Source: Octopus bimaculoides
Taxonomy: Eukaryota
Direction of reading: 5' to 3'
Assembly (NCBI RefSeq): GCF_001194135.2
Contig: NC_068981.1
Span: 30,669,702 to 30,733,539 of the forward strand
Length of the DNA: 63,838 nucleotides
Under the pieces are notes generated by a model that did no database searches, had not been told where the DNA came from, and saw only the letters and a list, made by a program, of their open reading frames with translations. Positions within the stretch are counted from its first letter, which is position 1, and every line of letters starts with the position of its first letter. Positions 51,057 to 63,838 of this stretch are shown piece after piece. The position numbers were made by a program, and so were the translations under genes.

Positions 51057-51804
51057 TTCGTTCACTTATTTATCTATTTATTTATTTGGTTCCAGTGTAT
51101 CATGCTCTTTAAATTTCTTCTTTTTAATTTTGTAAATTTGAAGAGGAATATGTCTGTTATTTCCAGCAAATCGAACAAATATTTAGGAGGTTATTCTGTT
51201 AGCTTGTCCGCAGTATTGTGTATCTATATATATAAGGTCGAGGAACAGACGGAATTTATAAGAGCCTAAGGACATAATGTCTTGCGATATCTGTTTCGAC
51301 TCGGTGTATTATGACGTCGATAACTTCGAAGACGTAGCTCTTGTATTTATCGTGGCGTACGCAGGGTAGATTTACACGCATTGACAACTAATTGCTCTTA
51401 ATAATAAAATCTTACTCAGGAGTAACAGGATGGATAAGAACTTTCAAGGTGCAGATCCAGAGTGTTACAAAATACTTGGAGTTATGCGATATTAATTTAG
51501 TGAATTATTCATGATGATTTCAGAAAGTTTGATCAAGATTAAGCCTAACTAATAATATCTATATCCATACTTAGTGACGATTGTGACCAGCTCCGAGTTA
51601 GAAAGGGAGATCATCTCAGAAGTCCTCCGAAATTGTCATACTATAAAGAAAAAGGTACCTGTTTACCTTATACTCGAAGGAACGATATTTCCAACAAATC
51701 AAAAGTTTATTATATATGGTATTTTAATAATAACTTTATTCGATTTTGATGCCCACATGCATGCCAGTGGAATTTTGAGTAAATTTTCTTAGCTCATTAG
51801 CTCA

Positions 51805-51847
51805 TTTCTTTCTTCCTTCCTTCCTTCCTTCCTTCCTTCCTTCCTTC

Positions 51848-51884
<37 letters not shown>

Positions 51885-51898
51885 TTCCTTCCTTCTTT

Positions 51899-51932
<34 letters not shown>

Positions 51933-51970
51933 TTCCTTCCTTCCTTCCTTCCTTCCTTTCTTTCTTTCTT

Positions 51971-52032
<62 letters not shown>

Positions 52033-52035
52033 TTC

Positions 52036-52068
<33 letters not shown>

Positions 52069-52480
52069 TTCCTTCTTTTCTTTCTTTCTTTCTTTNNNNN
52101 NNNNNNNNNNNNNNNNNNNNNNNNNNNNNNNNNNNNNNNNNNNNNNNNNNNNNNNNNNNNNNNNNNNNNNNNNNNNNNNNNNNNNNNNNNNNNNNNNNNN
52201 NNNNNNNNNNNNNNNNNNNNNNNNNNNNNNNNNNNNNNNNNNNNNNNNNNNNNNNNNNNNNNNNNNNNNNNNNNNNNNNNNNNNNNNNNNNNNNNNNNNN
52301 NNNNNNNNNNNNNNNNNNNNNNNNNNNNNNNNNNNNNNNNNNNNNNNNNNNNNNNNNNNNNNNNNNNNNNNNNNNNNNNNNNNNNNNNNNNNNNNNNNNN
52401 NNNNNNNNNNNNNNNNNNNNNNNNNNNNNNNNNNNNATTTCTTTCTTCCTTCCTTCCTTCCTTCCTTCCTTCCTTCCTTC

Positions 52481-52526
<46 letters not shown>

Positions 52527-52527
52527 C

Positions 52528-52566
<39 letters not shown>
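51805..52566. repeat. Long (TTCC)n/(TTTC)n polypyrimidine array with internal gap
   Basis: Read directly. Confidence 0.95.
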
Positions 52567-52799
52567 ATGTATATATATATTAGAAAAACTAAGGCACTCA
52601 GAGATCTGGATGGTTGTACATTTACAGATTTTTATTAATATGTCACATGATTTTATAAATCAATCATATATTAGCGCTTGCATCTATTCTAGTAGAATCG
52701 TCACTGTTATAACAGAATACTACACAAACTATACTGGAGAGGGGGCAGAGAATCCAGAGTTAATCCTCGTCGTCGGAATTTTGACAAAAATGAAAAACA

Positions 52800-52993
52800 A
52801 AAACAAAACAAAGGTGATTTATTAATACAAAAATCAATATCCACTCAATAATCATACTTTTTCACATTTTTTCTCCCTAAAAACCTTCCAGATTACTTCC
52901 TTCTTAATCCAGAAAAACGTCGTGACCATTGGTTAAGCCGTTTCACCGTGAAGACGGAGCAGACAGACAGATATAACGCCAATTATAGTAAGA
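52800..52993 (-). mobile_element. Possible non-autonomous Helitron 5' end
   Basis: Minus strand A|TCTTACTATAATT..TCTGTCTGTCTG: a TC start after A plus a subterminal CTGT repeat. 3' end not identified. Confidence 0.45.
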
Positions 52994-53188
52994 TATATAT
53001 ACATGCTTGCATATATACATGTACAATGAATCTAAATAAAAACAGACGTAAATCTATCAGTCGATTCTCTTTAATAACAGTTTTTACATAATACTATTTG
53101 AGCAGACACAACGGAAATATGTTTTTTGGAGTCACCTAAACATTTATATCAATACACACACACACACGCGCGCACATTTAAGTATATA

Positions 53189-53257
<69 letters not shown>

Positions 53258-53281
53258 TAAAAACAGCATTAACACCAAATT

Positions 53282-53347
<66 letters not shown>

Positions 53348-54618
53348 TTTATAATGATTATTATATATATATATTATTATTACTATAATATATGTTGTTA
53401 TAGATGATACGATGTTGTTTTTGTTGATATTTTGCTCTTCTTTGAAATCTATTTATAGATATCACAATACAAGCCAGAAAACACGGTGTAGAAATGAAAG
53501 AAGTATACATACATAGAAAAAAAAAACACACAGAAATATATTTAAAATAATCTATTTCATTATTGTCTACGCTGTCGCATCGCTCAATATCTGGGCAATG
53601 TTGTTCTCTCTATTGGACTCAATAAATTTACCCCGAGCATAAACCTAGCTAAAGCAATAAGCATGGTAAAAAAAAAAGCAACAACAAAAGAAAAAACAAA
53701 TGTGAAACACATTGCCCTCAAACTGATAAAAAGGAAAAGTGCAAACCTATTGAATTATCTCTAGATTTTTGAAAATATCTTTTATTTAAATGCTGATTTG
53801 GTATCAGTTTTCTTTTTTTTATTTTCAGGTGATATGTTGAGTTATTTTATTTTTTCATAAAGTTATTTCTTGCACCTTATCAACTGTGAAGCCATGATAT
53901 ATGATATCAGTAACTTATCGACACACACACACACAGATATACACAGAGACACAAACACACACGCACATGTATATATGTATATATATTATTATATGTATAT
54001 GGCTATGTCTATATTTCCATGTCTATGTCTTTCTTTCCCTCTGTGTATATATATATATATACACACACACATATATATATATACATGCATATATATATAT
54101 ATATATATATANNNNNNNNNNNNNNNNNNNNNNNNNNNNNNNNNNNNNNNNNNNNNNNNNNNNNNNNNNNNNNNNNNNNNNNNNNNNNNNNNNNNNNNNN
54201 NNNNNNNNNNNNNNNNNNNNNNNNNNNNNNNNNNNNNNNNNNNNNNNNNNNNNNNNNNNNNNNNNNNNNNNNNNNNNNNNNNNNNNNNNNNNNNNNNNNN
54301 NNNNNNNNNNNNNNNNNNNNNNNNNNNNNNNNNNNNNNNNNNNNNNNNNNNNNNNNNNNNNNNNNNNNNNNNNNNNNNNNNNNNNNNNNNNNNNNNNNNN
54401 NNNNNNNNNNNNNNNNNNNNNNNNNNNNNNNNNNNNNNNNNNNNNNNNNNNNNNNNNNNNNNNNNNNNNNNNNNNNNNNNNNNNNNNNNNNNNNNNNNNN
54501 NNNNNNNNNNNNNNNNNNNNNNNNNNNNNNNNNNNNNNNNNNNNNNNNNNNNNNNNNNNNNNNNNNNNNNNNNNNNNNNNNNNNNNNNNNNNNNNNNNNN
54601 NNNNNNNNNNNNNNNNNN

Positions 54619-54660
<42 letters not shown>

Positions 54661-54827
54661 TCTGTAAATATATTAGTTTATTAACTTGATCGTTAGATCA
54701 TTAAATGTGATCCGGCATTGGACTATTACAATATACACTTTTACATAATGTACCTCAACATAAAATCTTCTTTGATACGGTAATACTTACATACATACAT
54801 ACATACAAACATACATACATACATACA

Positions 54828-54863
<36 letters not shown>

Positions 54864-55003
54864 TGTGTGTGTGTGTAAATATTAATAGTTTAAGCTCAAA
54901 GTTTCTGCTTTGATAGCCAAATATTAATGTATATATTCTTGATCGTACAATATATATACTCTTTATTATTAAGCTATCAGTGTGCATTATAATATTTTAT
55001 ACC

Positions 55004-55223
55004 AAGGCGGTGAGCTAGCAGAAACGTTAACACGCCGGGTGAAATGCTTAGTGGTATTTCGTCTTCCTTTACGTTCTGAGATCAAATTCCGCCGAGATCG
55101 ACTTTGCCTTTCATCCTTTCGAGGTCGATAAATTAAGTACGAGTTGCGTACTGGAGTTGCTCTAATCGACTGGCCTCCTCCCCCTAAATTTCGGGCCTTG
55201 TGCCCAGAGTAGAAAAGAATATT
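55004..55223 (+). mobile_element. tRNA-derived SINE family A
   Basis: Full head-to-tail match to the 16851 copy. Confidence 0.9.
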
Positions 55224-55239
55224 TAATATATACCATAAC

Positions 55240-55455
55240 AAGGCGGTGAGTTGGCAGAATGTTAGCACGCTGGGCGAAAAGCTGAGCGGTATTTCATCTG
55301 TCTTTACGTTCTGAGTTCAAATTCCGTCGAGGTCGACTTAGCCTTTCATCCTTTCGGATCGATAAATTAGGCACCAGTTGGGTACTGAGGTCGACCTAAT
55401 CGACTGGACCGATCACCAAAAATTTCGGGCTCTGTACCTAGAGGAGAAAAGAATA
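55240..55455 (+). mobile_element. tRNA-derived SINE family A (tandem copy)
   Basis: Full match; begins about 17 bp after the previous copy. Confidence 0.9.
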
Positions 55456-57265
55456 TATGACATATAAGGTTACTAAAATATACAGTTTAACATCAAAAAC
55501 AATTCAACATTAGACTATTGAAATATCGCTCAACATTTAGCGAGACATGTATCCAGGGGTATGAAAATCCTGGCATCTCTGGGTAGTAAGGTTGCCGATC
55601 CTAAAAGGAAAAATGAACACTTAGTAGGAAATTGCCCGGGAATTTTGCGTAAATTAGGTTTTGGTTAAGATGAAATTTCTTAAAACGTCTTTATGGTCTC
55701 TGGTGGATTTAGCACAGTCAACTTTAACCAAGACAGAGGTTTAAGTTTATGAAAGAGACTGGAAAATGTTAATACAGATAAATATATTTTTATGTAGAGT
55801 CTCCCTGGAGACGTAGAATGCTTTTTAGCAGTTCCATAAGAGTGAAAATATAAGAAAGCGCTGCCTTGTTGAATCAAAATATTTACTTTAACAATACAAT
55901 TTTAAAAAAATGAGTTGTAACATGAGATTATTAAGCATTAGATTTTTAAAATGTATTTAATGCACTTTTATCGAAGTAATTAGGTTGTTTACTTGAACAC
56001 ATGAAATATGCTGATATTTATGAAATACGCATTTAAAACAGTATTTTAATGTAAATATTTCAACATGGAACCATACGAGATTTGCTTCATTTTTTTTTTT
56101 TGCTTTTCACTAAACAAAGTCGAACATTATTGATTGCTGGATTCATTCATTTTCGTGTGAGCGGTTAGAAAAAACTGTGAGACATTTGATAGCTCTCACA
56201 TTCTGTATATTCTTTATATTTAGCATTAAAATCATTTAAAGAAGTTAAAATATGAAAATTCTGTTTGTACTCCACGGATCTTGAAGAGAATTAAGAGACA
56301 TTATTGCCAGATTAAAGTACGAAGAATGAAGAAAGAAAAGCGAATTAAGTTGCTACCTTATCTGTATGCAAATATGTCTTTAGATCTTTAAAGAATCCGA
56401 TGTTAATCCAAGACATCTAATTTTTAGGCAGCTACGATAAATTTAACTCGGCAAAATCTTGCTTCATGTGTGTTTAACCCATATGCACCTGAGGTAGCTA
56501 TAAGAGAAACCGAACCTAGTTTATTCTGGGCGAGTCCTTTCATACCCGTATCACCAGCAAAATATTTAACGCCAAAACTTAGTTGAATAACATCATTGGT
56601 TGCAACATCGACAGCTCTTCCACATTTCTCCAATCAGGTGCTTCAACCAATGTGAGGCGGTTTTTGCGTCTGGGCTCGATCTGTTAGAAATAACAACCAA
56701 ATGTCAATAAATTGGTACTTGATAGCCATAAAAATGAAGCGTCATTAATTTCTAGATGCAGTATATCTGCACAAAAACAAAAACAAAAAATAAAATGAAT
56801 ATATGCGGATCCAATGCTTTTGAAGTCTACTTATTAAGAGCTGACTTTAAGTTAACAAGAATAATAGTAACAGTAGAAACAATACTCTCTAGAAGAAGCG
56901 CCTGTCCTGAGTAAAGACTTCAATTCCTTCATTCTTGGTAGAATGGTCTATGGAAACAATTTGAAATAGCATAGACGCAATCAGCCACTGAAACTAATAA
57001 AAGAATAAAGGAATAAATCACTATTCTATAACGAAATAAGAATGGTTACAGGGTAATTTTTTATAGCAAATTCATATTAAAATCTGAAACGGTTTGATCA
57101 TGAGAATGCTAATAGTTACTTTATATCAAGTAATGAACGTTATTCATTTTCTTCTTCTGTGATATGAGCTAAAGAAATTCATAAACGTTTATTTAGATTT
57201 ATTTTTACCGCTGAGTCTATGGAAAAAGTGCAGTGTTCATGGTACTTTCCAGGACCTTCTATATA

Positions 57266-57495
57266 TTGGGTTGTCCGGAAAGTTCGTGCCGATTTATATA
57301 GTAGCTTACCTTTCGACTTATTTGCAATGAAACCACCTCAATTCTGGGAAGAGGGTATTTTCAAGTTAAAGGTAAGATGGAGACACATTGTGCAACAAAA
57401 TGGTTCATATTTCGTTGATTAAAAATGTAATGGCAAGTATTTATTGACCTTTTTCATTCGTCTAAGAATCGCAACGAACTTTCCGGAGAGCTGAA
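57266..57495 (+). mobile_element. 230-bp mariner-derived MITE with both TIRs and TA flanks
   Basis: TA|TTGGGTTGTCCGGAAAGTTCGTGC ... GCAACGAACTTTCCGGAGAGCTGAA|TA; encodes PPQFWEEGIFKLKVRWRHIVQQNGSYFVD*. Confidence 0.88.
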
Positions 57496-58324
57496 TAGAT
57501 GAAAATAGATGAGGGACTACTCAGAATGTAAACCTGGTCTGAATGTTTGCAACAGAATGCAGTTCGCTAAACAACACCCAAATGCCATTGATGGTATTTC
57601 ACTGGGTAACGAATTATACATACCATTCAAGAAATGTTCCTCGGACGAGTTTCCAGTTTCCATCTTGAAAATTTCCTAATGTTTTGATTGACCTAGCGCT
57701 ATATGACAATGCAGTTTCGTACTTCGCACGGTAAAAAGTTATGTCTACCGCTCAAGATCATAATTGTTCTTCTGACAGGATTCTATGCTGATGCCGTCAT
57801 GAATATTTTATGGTGCTTTAAATGACCTAGCGTTATGTTAGAAATAATTTTCCGTGGTACCTCAGAGTAAAATCCAACTTAAAATAATGTAGGTGCGAAA
57901 GTTTTAACCACTAGACCAAGCATTCTTATTGCAATCAAATTGTCTTTATTGGAGACAAAAGCACAAATAACTTTGAACAAAATATATTTTTAGACCGGTC
58001 TGTCCTTCCTCTCTTTGAAAGCTAGAGAGAGAGAGAGAGAGAAAAAGATATTAATAAATTATAATTGTTAGTTTCAACTAAATCCAACATTTTTGTAATT
58101 GTTTATAATTACAATTACATTTTTTTTTATAATTGTCTCATAATTATATGTGGTGCTGCTGGCATAATTGATAGCAATATAGAAACTTTGACAAAAGCGT
58201 CGACATTTCGTTGTTTCTATCTCGTTTCATTGTCCGAGTCTACTTTCTAATGATCTAGTTGAGCTAAATGCAAGAAATAAACTCCAAGTGTTATAACGCT
58301 CATTTAAGTATTTATTTATTTCTA

Positions 58325-58515
58325 ATTTTTGGCAAGGGATAGAATAAAGGTGGAAAGTTAATTATGTCGACACTGGTCCTCAATTGATTTTATGAACCCT
58401 TAAATGATGAAGGATAAAGGGAAAGTTAACATCGGTGGCATTTGAACTCAGAACGTAAAAAATGTTAAATATTCTACACTGCCTACCAACGATTCTACCA
58501 TCTCGCGGCCCTCAT
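58325..58515 (-). mobile_element. tRNA-derived SINE family A (diverged)
   Basis: GGCATTTGAACTCAGAACGTAAA..CCAACGATTCTACCATCTCGCGGCCCT. Confidence 0.75.
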
Positions 58516-58531
58516 TGAAACAATAATAATA

Positions 58532-58569
<38 letters not shown>

Positions 58570-58589
58570 TAATAATAATAATAATAATA

Positions 58590-58796
58590 TTTTTTGCCAT
58601 AAAGGCAGCTTGGTGTAGGGGATTAAATCGATTACATCGACGCCAGTGCGTATCTGGTACTTATTTAATCGACCACGAACGGATGAAAAGGGGAAAATTC
58701 GACCTCGGTGGAATTTGAACTCAGACCGTAAAGACGGACGAAGCGCCGTTAAGCATTTTGCCGGCGTGCTAATGATTCTGCTAGCTCACCACCTTA
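58590..58796 (-). mobile_element. tRNA-derived SINE family A flanked by (AAT)n arrays
   Basis: ATCGATTACATCGACGCCAGTGCGTATCTGGTACTTATTTAATCGACC..GGAATTTGAACTCAGA..GATTCTGCTAGCTCACCACCTT. Confidence 0.85.
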
Positions 58797-58805
58797 ATAA
58801 TAATG

Positions 58806-58839
<34 letters not shown>

Positions 58840-58915
58840 TGATGATGATGGTGATTATGATGATGGTGATTATGATGATGGTGATTATGATGATGGTGAT
58901 TATGATGATGATATT
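58797..58915. repeat. (AAT)n-(GAT)n array containing four copies of a 15-bp unit GATGATGGTGATTAT
   Basis: Read directly. Confidence 0.9.
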
Positions 58916-59585
58916 ATTTTTATTATAATAATAATAACAATAATCTCTTTCAACAACACGCGGACGAACTTACAGTGAAGAATATAATGGTACTTATGTT
59001 ATCGATTATGGAAAGATGAATTTCTCAGGCACTGTCGGCAATATTCATCCATAAATGATGAATTTAGAGAACGTATACGAATGCACTTAATCACCTATAT
59101 ATATCTTGCTGCAGTTCATGCATAATAAATTACTACGATTGCAGATTTATGTACATATGTTTGCAAGGAAACTGCTATCTATGGTGCTACATCGTTCTCA
59201 GCAAGATATCGATAGACCATGCATATCAATACTACATGCACAGAACATATATTGCCACATTATTACATAAAAACAAACTAGCACACCAATGGATGCACAA
59301 ACTCATGCATGTACTCATACACGCGCAAAGATGACGGACGTTCTCATTGAGAAACTCATTCAGACACTAACATAGTAGATTTGTCTAGAGCTTGATATTT
59401 TCCTTAGCTTTCGTTCAATTTCTTTGCCATATACAGAGCGACACTCACAAACACTATTTGCCCGCGCAAACACACACACACACACACACACAGATAGATT
59501 TAAAGAAATTAAAATATTTAAACTGCAGTTACAACTGCCGGGCTTCAAATAGATGTAAAGACATCTTGGTATTATCTTCGTGCTG

Positions 59586-59624
<39 letters not shown>

Positions 59625-59702
59625 CAATTGCCCCGACACTTTTCACAGTTCATTGAACACTCATCAAACAGCAAGAATTTTCTTCTAATCCTGCCTAGAA
59701 CA

Positions 59703-61033
59703 CAGGGTGTTTCAAAAGATTTGATATCATTTGAGATGTAAATATCACAGAAACTACACTGTCAAAGCAAATGAAACTAAACAGGCTTAATTTTGAGCAA
59801 CATAAGATTTATTCCTCCAAATTTGAATGAGAAATTCAAAGGTATGTAGATTCCATCAACGATTTCACAAATTTCAATATGGGCACCGTCTGAGATACGG
59901 CACACGTCAAGTCCGTAGTCCAGCTCCTCCCAAACACGCTGCAGCATGTCTTGGTTAACAATCTCCAGTGCGGTAGTGATTCTCTGCTCGAGTTCCTCTA
60001 GGTTTGCAGGAAGAAAAGGGACATAGACCAGGCCCTTCACATAGCCTCAGCGAAAAAAATAGCAAGGTGTCAGGTTACGTGAACATGGCGGCCATTTTAA
60101 CAGCACATTGTCTTTATCACCAGCACGCCCGATCCATCTCCCTCGCAGATTGTCATTGAGATAAGCCCGCGTAGTGAGCTTCCAATGAGGTGGAGCTCCG
60201 TCCTGTTGAAAAATGCAGTCTTCGTGTTCATTTGCAACGAGCTCATCCATTAGCCAGTTCTGAAGCATTTGCAGATAAACATCGACGGTCACATTTCCCT
60301 CAAAGAAACATGAGCCATGAAGAAGTTTCTTGGAGATGGCGCAGAACACATTCACTTTTGGCGAGTCCCTCACATGCTCAACTCTGGCATGGGGCTTTTC
60401 TTCGCCCCAAATGTGAACATTATGCTTATTGACTTTGCCATTCGTATGAAATGTGGCCTCATCACAAAAAACAAGACGTTCTTTAAACTCGTCTTCTTCA
60501 AGTTTATCTTGTATATCAACACAGAGTTGTTTGCACTTTCGCTTGTCATCTGCTGTTATGACTTGAACGATCTGCAGCTTGTAGGGTTTGATTAGCAAGC
60601 GTTTCCTCAGGACGCGCCAAACTGTCGTTGGAGGAATCTGGGCTACCAGACTTGTTCTTCGTATGGACTTCTTGGAGCTTCGCAAGAGATTTTGGCGAAC
60701 CTGCTCAACCGTCTCTTCCGATGTCCAGATCATTTTACCCTGCACAGATAGCCTTTCTCTTTGAATTTTTTGTGCCATGCCTAAATCTGCATTACCGTTG
60801 GTGATTTTTTATAGAAATCTCTCACGAATGCATGTTGCACAATCTTGTTCGACTGTGTTCGTACATACTCCAGTGAATGCCATTTCCATACCTGGAAAGA
60901 TAAACATATCAAACATTAAGCATAACATTTTCACCTGCTTCTACACATGCTGTTAAAATTTTATCAATGACTGAACAATGACTGGCAAAGTTATTAGATT
61001 GCAAAGTAACATCAAAGTTTTTGAAACACCCGG
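59703..61033 (-). mobile_element. Full-length (~1.33 kb) Tc1/mariner element of the rosa/DD41D-like group; transposase inactivated
   Basis: TIRs CAGGGTGTTTCAAAAGATTTGAT / CCGGGTGTTTCAAAAACTTTGAT, TA at 61034-61035. Transposase from about 60907 to about 59865: LEYVRTQSNKIVQHAF.., FCDEATF, HNVHIWG, SPKVNVFCA, FQQDGAPPH, RWIGR, WPPCSRNLTPCYFFR*GYVK (consensus WPPRSPDLTPCDFFLWGYVK), GAHIE; frameshifts and stops. Confidence 0.92.
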
Positions 61034-61605
61034 TATAACAACCGAATTACACTGACATAGAACAATTCCAGCTGAAAAATTAAATGCAACCACTGTAAAA
61101 TATATATAAATTTTAATAAGGTAACAATGAAATGATGAAAATGAAGCAAATGGTTGCCAAGCTTATAGGGAATAGGTAACAATTTGAATAAAGCAGCTGT
61201 TCCTGCCAGAATGCTGTTTATGTATGGAATAACTATAAATACATAGAACAACGTCAGTACTGCGGTTACCTAATTATTATTCAACGATTAACGGAGCTAA
61301 AGTTTTGGCAAGGGGGCGAATTAGAATGGCCGAACTTTTAGTTAGGTGCATTTATTATATTCTTCGCCTATCCCCGTGAAACTCATTGAATTTTATGTGA
61401 ACATTTGATCGTTTAAACATGCGTCTTCGATTTCTACTTCGAAATTTTAAACTCTGTTGAAATCCAATTGTTCTATAAACATTTGTACCATTCATAAACA
61501 AAAGTACTGTTGAAACTAGTTTGTTATGTATGTGAAAAAATCTATTTCAAAACAACTACACGTTTTACAAATTCAGGTGCATTTTCAAAAACAAATTTTC
61601 TTATG

Positions 61606-61681
<76 letters not shown>

Positions 61682-62421
61682 CATACTGATATTTTCATCC
61701 CTTACCTTCTTTTGTGATAGTAGTATAATCCTGTTTTACTGATATATCCATTCCTCATCTTAAAGTCTTTCATGCATTCAGGCAAAGATTTCTAGTTCGG
61801 TCAACAATAATGAGATGCTACAATAAAACCAATATTTTTATTAATATCAATATTTGCATTTGTATATGTATTTTAAGGGTTTATTCTTACATATTCTTAA
61901 ATTAGACTGATGTCTATTTAACTGCGATGACACACACTTAACTGTTGTAGAGATATGATTAGATATATGAGGTCTTTGTTGTTTTCAGTTGAAGTAAAGA
62001 AATGATCACAAAACACGTGCATCCATTATGTTAATATTTAAAAGCGCGGCGAGATTGTAAAAAAATAACGTAAAAATAACACCATTAAAACAAAAAACAA
62101 AGCTGCCCCACTCGAAACATGCAAGAAACATAAAGTCAATATATCGTGAGTCTATTTTTCCACGAGAAATAGAATTAATTATACATACACACCCAAATAT
62201 TTATGTATGTAAATGTGTTTCATTTTTTCTTTAACAGAATTCAAGCCGCTTACTAACAAAGAAATATCGTTAGTTTGTTCAATTCAAGACAACACTGCAA
62301 GTTTGTGCTTATCTGAATTGCTTGATATGTGTGTATATGTGTGCTTGTTCTGTGCATAAACTTGCACTCATCGTTCTGATCGTCACGATAAAATATTTCA
62401 ATTGTATGTTTGGTTGCTATT

Positions 62422-62452
<31 letters not shown>

Positions 62453-62488
62453 TATATATTATATATTACATATATAAATATATATACA

Positions 62489-62800
62489 TCTTAATATATA
62501 AAATCCGTTCTGTCTGTCTGTCTGTTTGTGCGCTTATAACTCAAATATTGTTCATCTGATCGCGCTGAAATTTTAAACATGGATGCATGAGAGAGCGGGC
62601 GTTCCGTAATCTAAAAAAAGAATTTCAAAATAGTTAGTTTCAAAGTGAGAATCGCTATTTTTGTGATCTTTTTCTCCTGTTTGTTTCGTCATTAAAATCA
62701 ACCAGTTGCTCAGACAGCCGGCACATACCATTCTGCTAGCAACAAGGGGAGTACAGGATGACAGTCAGCCAAAACCGTCGCTATGCTGTCTCTCTTATGA
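62489..62800 (+). mobile_element. Possible non-autonomous Helitron 5' end
   Basis: A|TCTTAATATATAAAATCCG..TCTGTCTGTCTGTCTGTTTG..ATAACTC..GATCGCGCTGAAATTTT. 3' end not identified. Confidence 0.5.
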
Positions 62801-62839
62801 CGTCCAATCCCACTTGAAGTTGTATATATATTGTGTTCG

Positions 62840-63660
62840 TATCAGTTAGCTCTACTGTATTTCTGGAGAACCTAAGCATATCTAAGTTTCTATACAAATC
62901 TGATTATTCATATCCCAGTGCCCCAAAGATAATATGAACAAATGAAAGTCTATAGCCTGGATATAAGAGCTACAGGTTTCTGCATAAATGTTTCCACAAT
63001 ATTTGAAGAGTCTTTCTGCATTCACCGGGCAGCTAATCACAACAACGTTGAAGAACGTTTGTTCACTGTTCGATATAGCAATATTTGGCTGTTGTGTTTA
63101 CATCGGCTTCTCAATTTTATTGGAATGTTCAATCAGTATTATTTATCTTTTCTGATGTGCCTTTGGTGTAGAAGTTAGAATAATCGCTCCCGCGAATAAC
63201 TTTTAGGTTGTTTTAGAAGCAATGTTGCGTTTCATAGGAAGGTAGTATTTGTGGAATTTTTTGGACAGCCACTTATGCTATGACTGATATCTGCCACACC
63301 GGTATGGCAAAATGGACACTTTCTTTCACAGCGTTGTTGTTCTGGTGTTTAGTTGTTATCTCCTGTTCTCGGATAGCAAAGGCATACACTATTTGATGGC
63401 ATGTGATGTATTTATTGCATGTGCAGGAGAGGCTACTATTCCTATTGACGCTGTTACCATTCTCTAGCTTGTAAGATATGCGCCCATGTTTAATTTTCTG
63501 GTAAGTATTTCTATTCCAATTTTCTGTTTAAGCTTGGTTGACGTAGAGCTTCTATTCTCCCCGAGGAATTTTTCACTTCATTGCCTTATTTTATGGTGTT
63601 ATTCATTTTACTGTGGAGTATACATGTGGAGTACTCACTCGTCTCATTATTGTTCAGTAG
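62840..63660 (-). mobile_element. RLE-type (R4/Dong-like) LINE C-terminal region: CCHC knuckle and restriction-like endonuclease, heavily decayed
   Basis: Manual translation across frameshifts: YQKIKHG..NKYITCH..YAFAIREQEITTKH; RKCPFCHTGVADISHSISGCPK..YYLPMKRNIA; EY*LNIPIK..CKHN; VISCPV; LYPGYRLSFVHIIFGALGY. Confidence 0.78.
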
Positions 63661-63803
63661 ATGTTATCAGGGGTCGTATGTATGTATGTATGAAAATATA
63701 TATGGCTCTTACCCGGCAATTTTTTCTGTCTTAAAATGACAAAACATCCAATCTTTCTGCTGATTTCACGGATATACTGCCATCGACGTATTACTTTCTT
63801 AGT

Positions 63804-63838
<35 letters not shown>

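Noticed and set aside
51400-51520. Possible RT YKYLG remnant or small exon
   Set aside because: Needs two frameshifts and has no supporting flanking motifs.
56424-56633. 69-aa ORF and a plus-strand TTTTTAG acceptor-like site
   Set aside because: No recognisable domain; all frames close quickly.
60870-60945. Apparent short GT..AG intron at the rosa transposase 5' end
   Set aside because: Only 43 nt, and the acceptor-like CTTTCCAG reads as the transposase N-terminus (MFIFPG); a frameshift explains it better.

Overview
This is eukaryotic DNA, not prokaryotic. It is AT-rich, dense in microsatellites and has 11 N-gaps. The SINE and LINE content points to an octopus or other coleoid cephalopod draft scaffold (inference). 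I cannot confirm any host protein-coding exon, so the window looks intronic or intergenic. Nearly all long ORFs in the supplied track are artefacts of N-gaps or microsatellites. The real coding signal comes from decayed transposons. LINEs: two CR1/L2-group, one RTE, two L1/Tx1-like, and two restriction-like-endonuclease (R4/Dong-type) remnants that the ORF track misses. Others: a Naiad-type Penelope-like remnant (only partly in the ORF track), a Helitron helicase fragment, a full-length but inactivated rosa/DD41D-like Tc1/mariner, and several mariner and maT remnants. There are also at least three tRNA-derived SINE families and several MITEs. I found no intact novel coding system. The best leads are: (i) a possible (AAT)n-targeting R4/Dong LINE next to a ~555-bp non-coding element inserted in the same microsatellite; (ii) a ~620-bp foldback element with nested inverted repeats around a (CCCTAA)n tract; (iii) a Penelope-like zinc-knuckle Cys codon that appears to have seeded a (GT)n array; (iv) tight inverted SINE and MITE hairpins; (v) a promoter-like island at about 49.0-49.65 kb.
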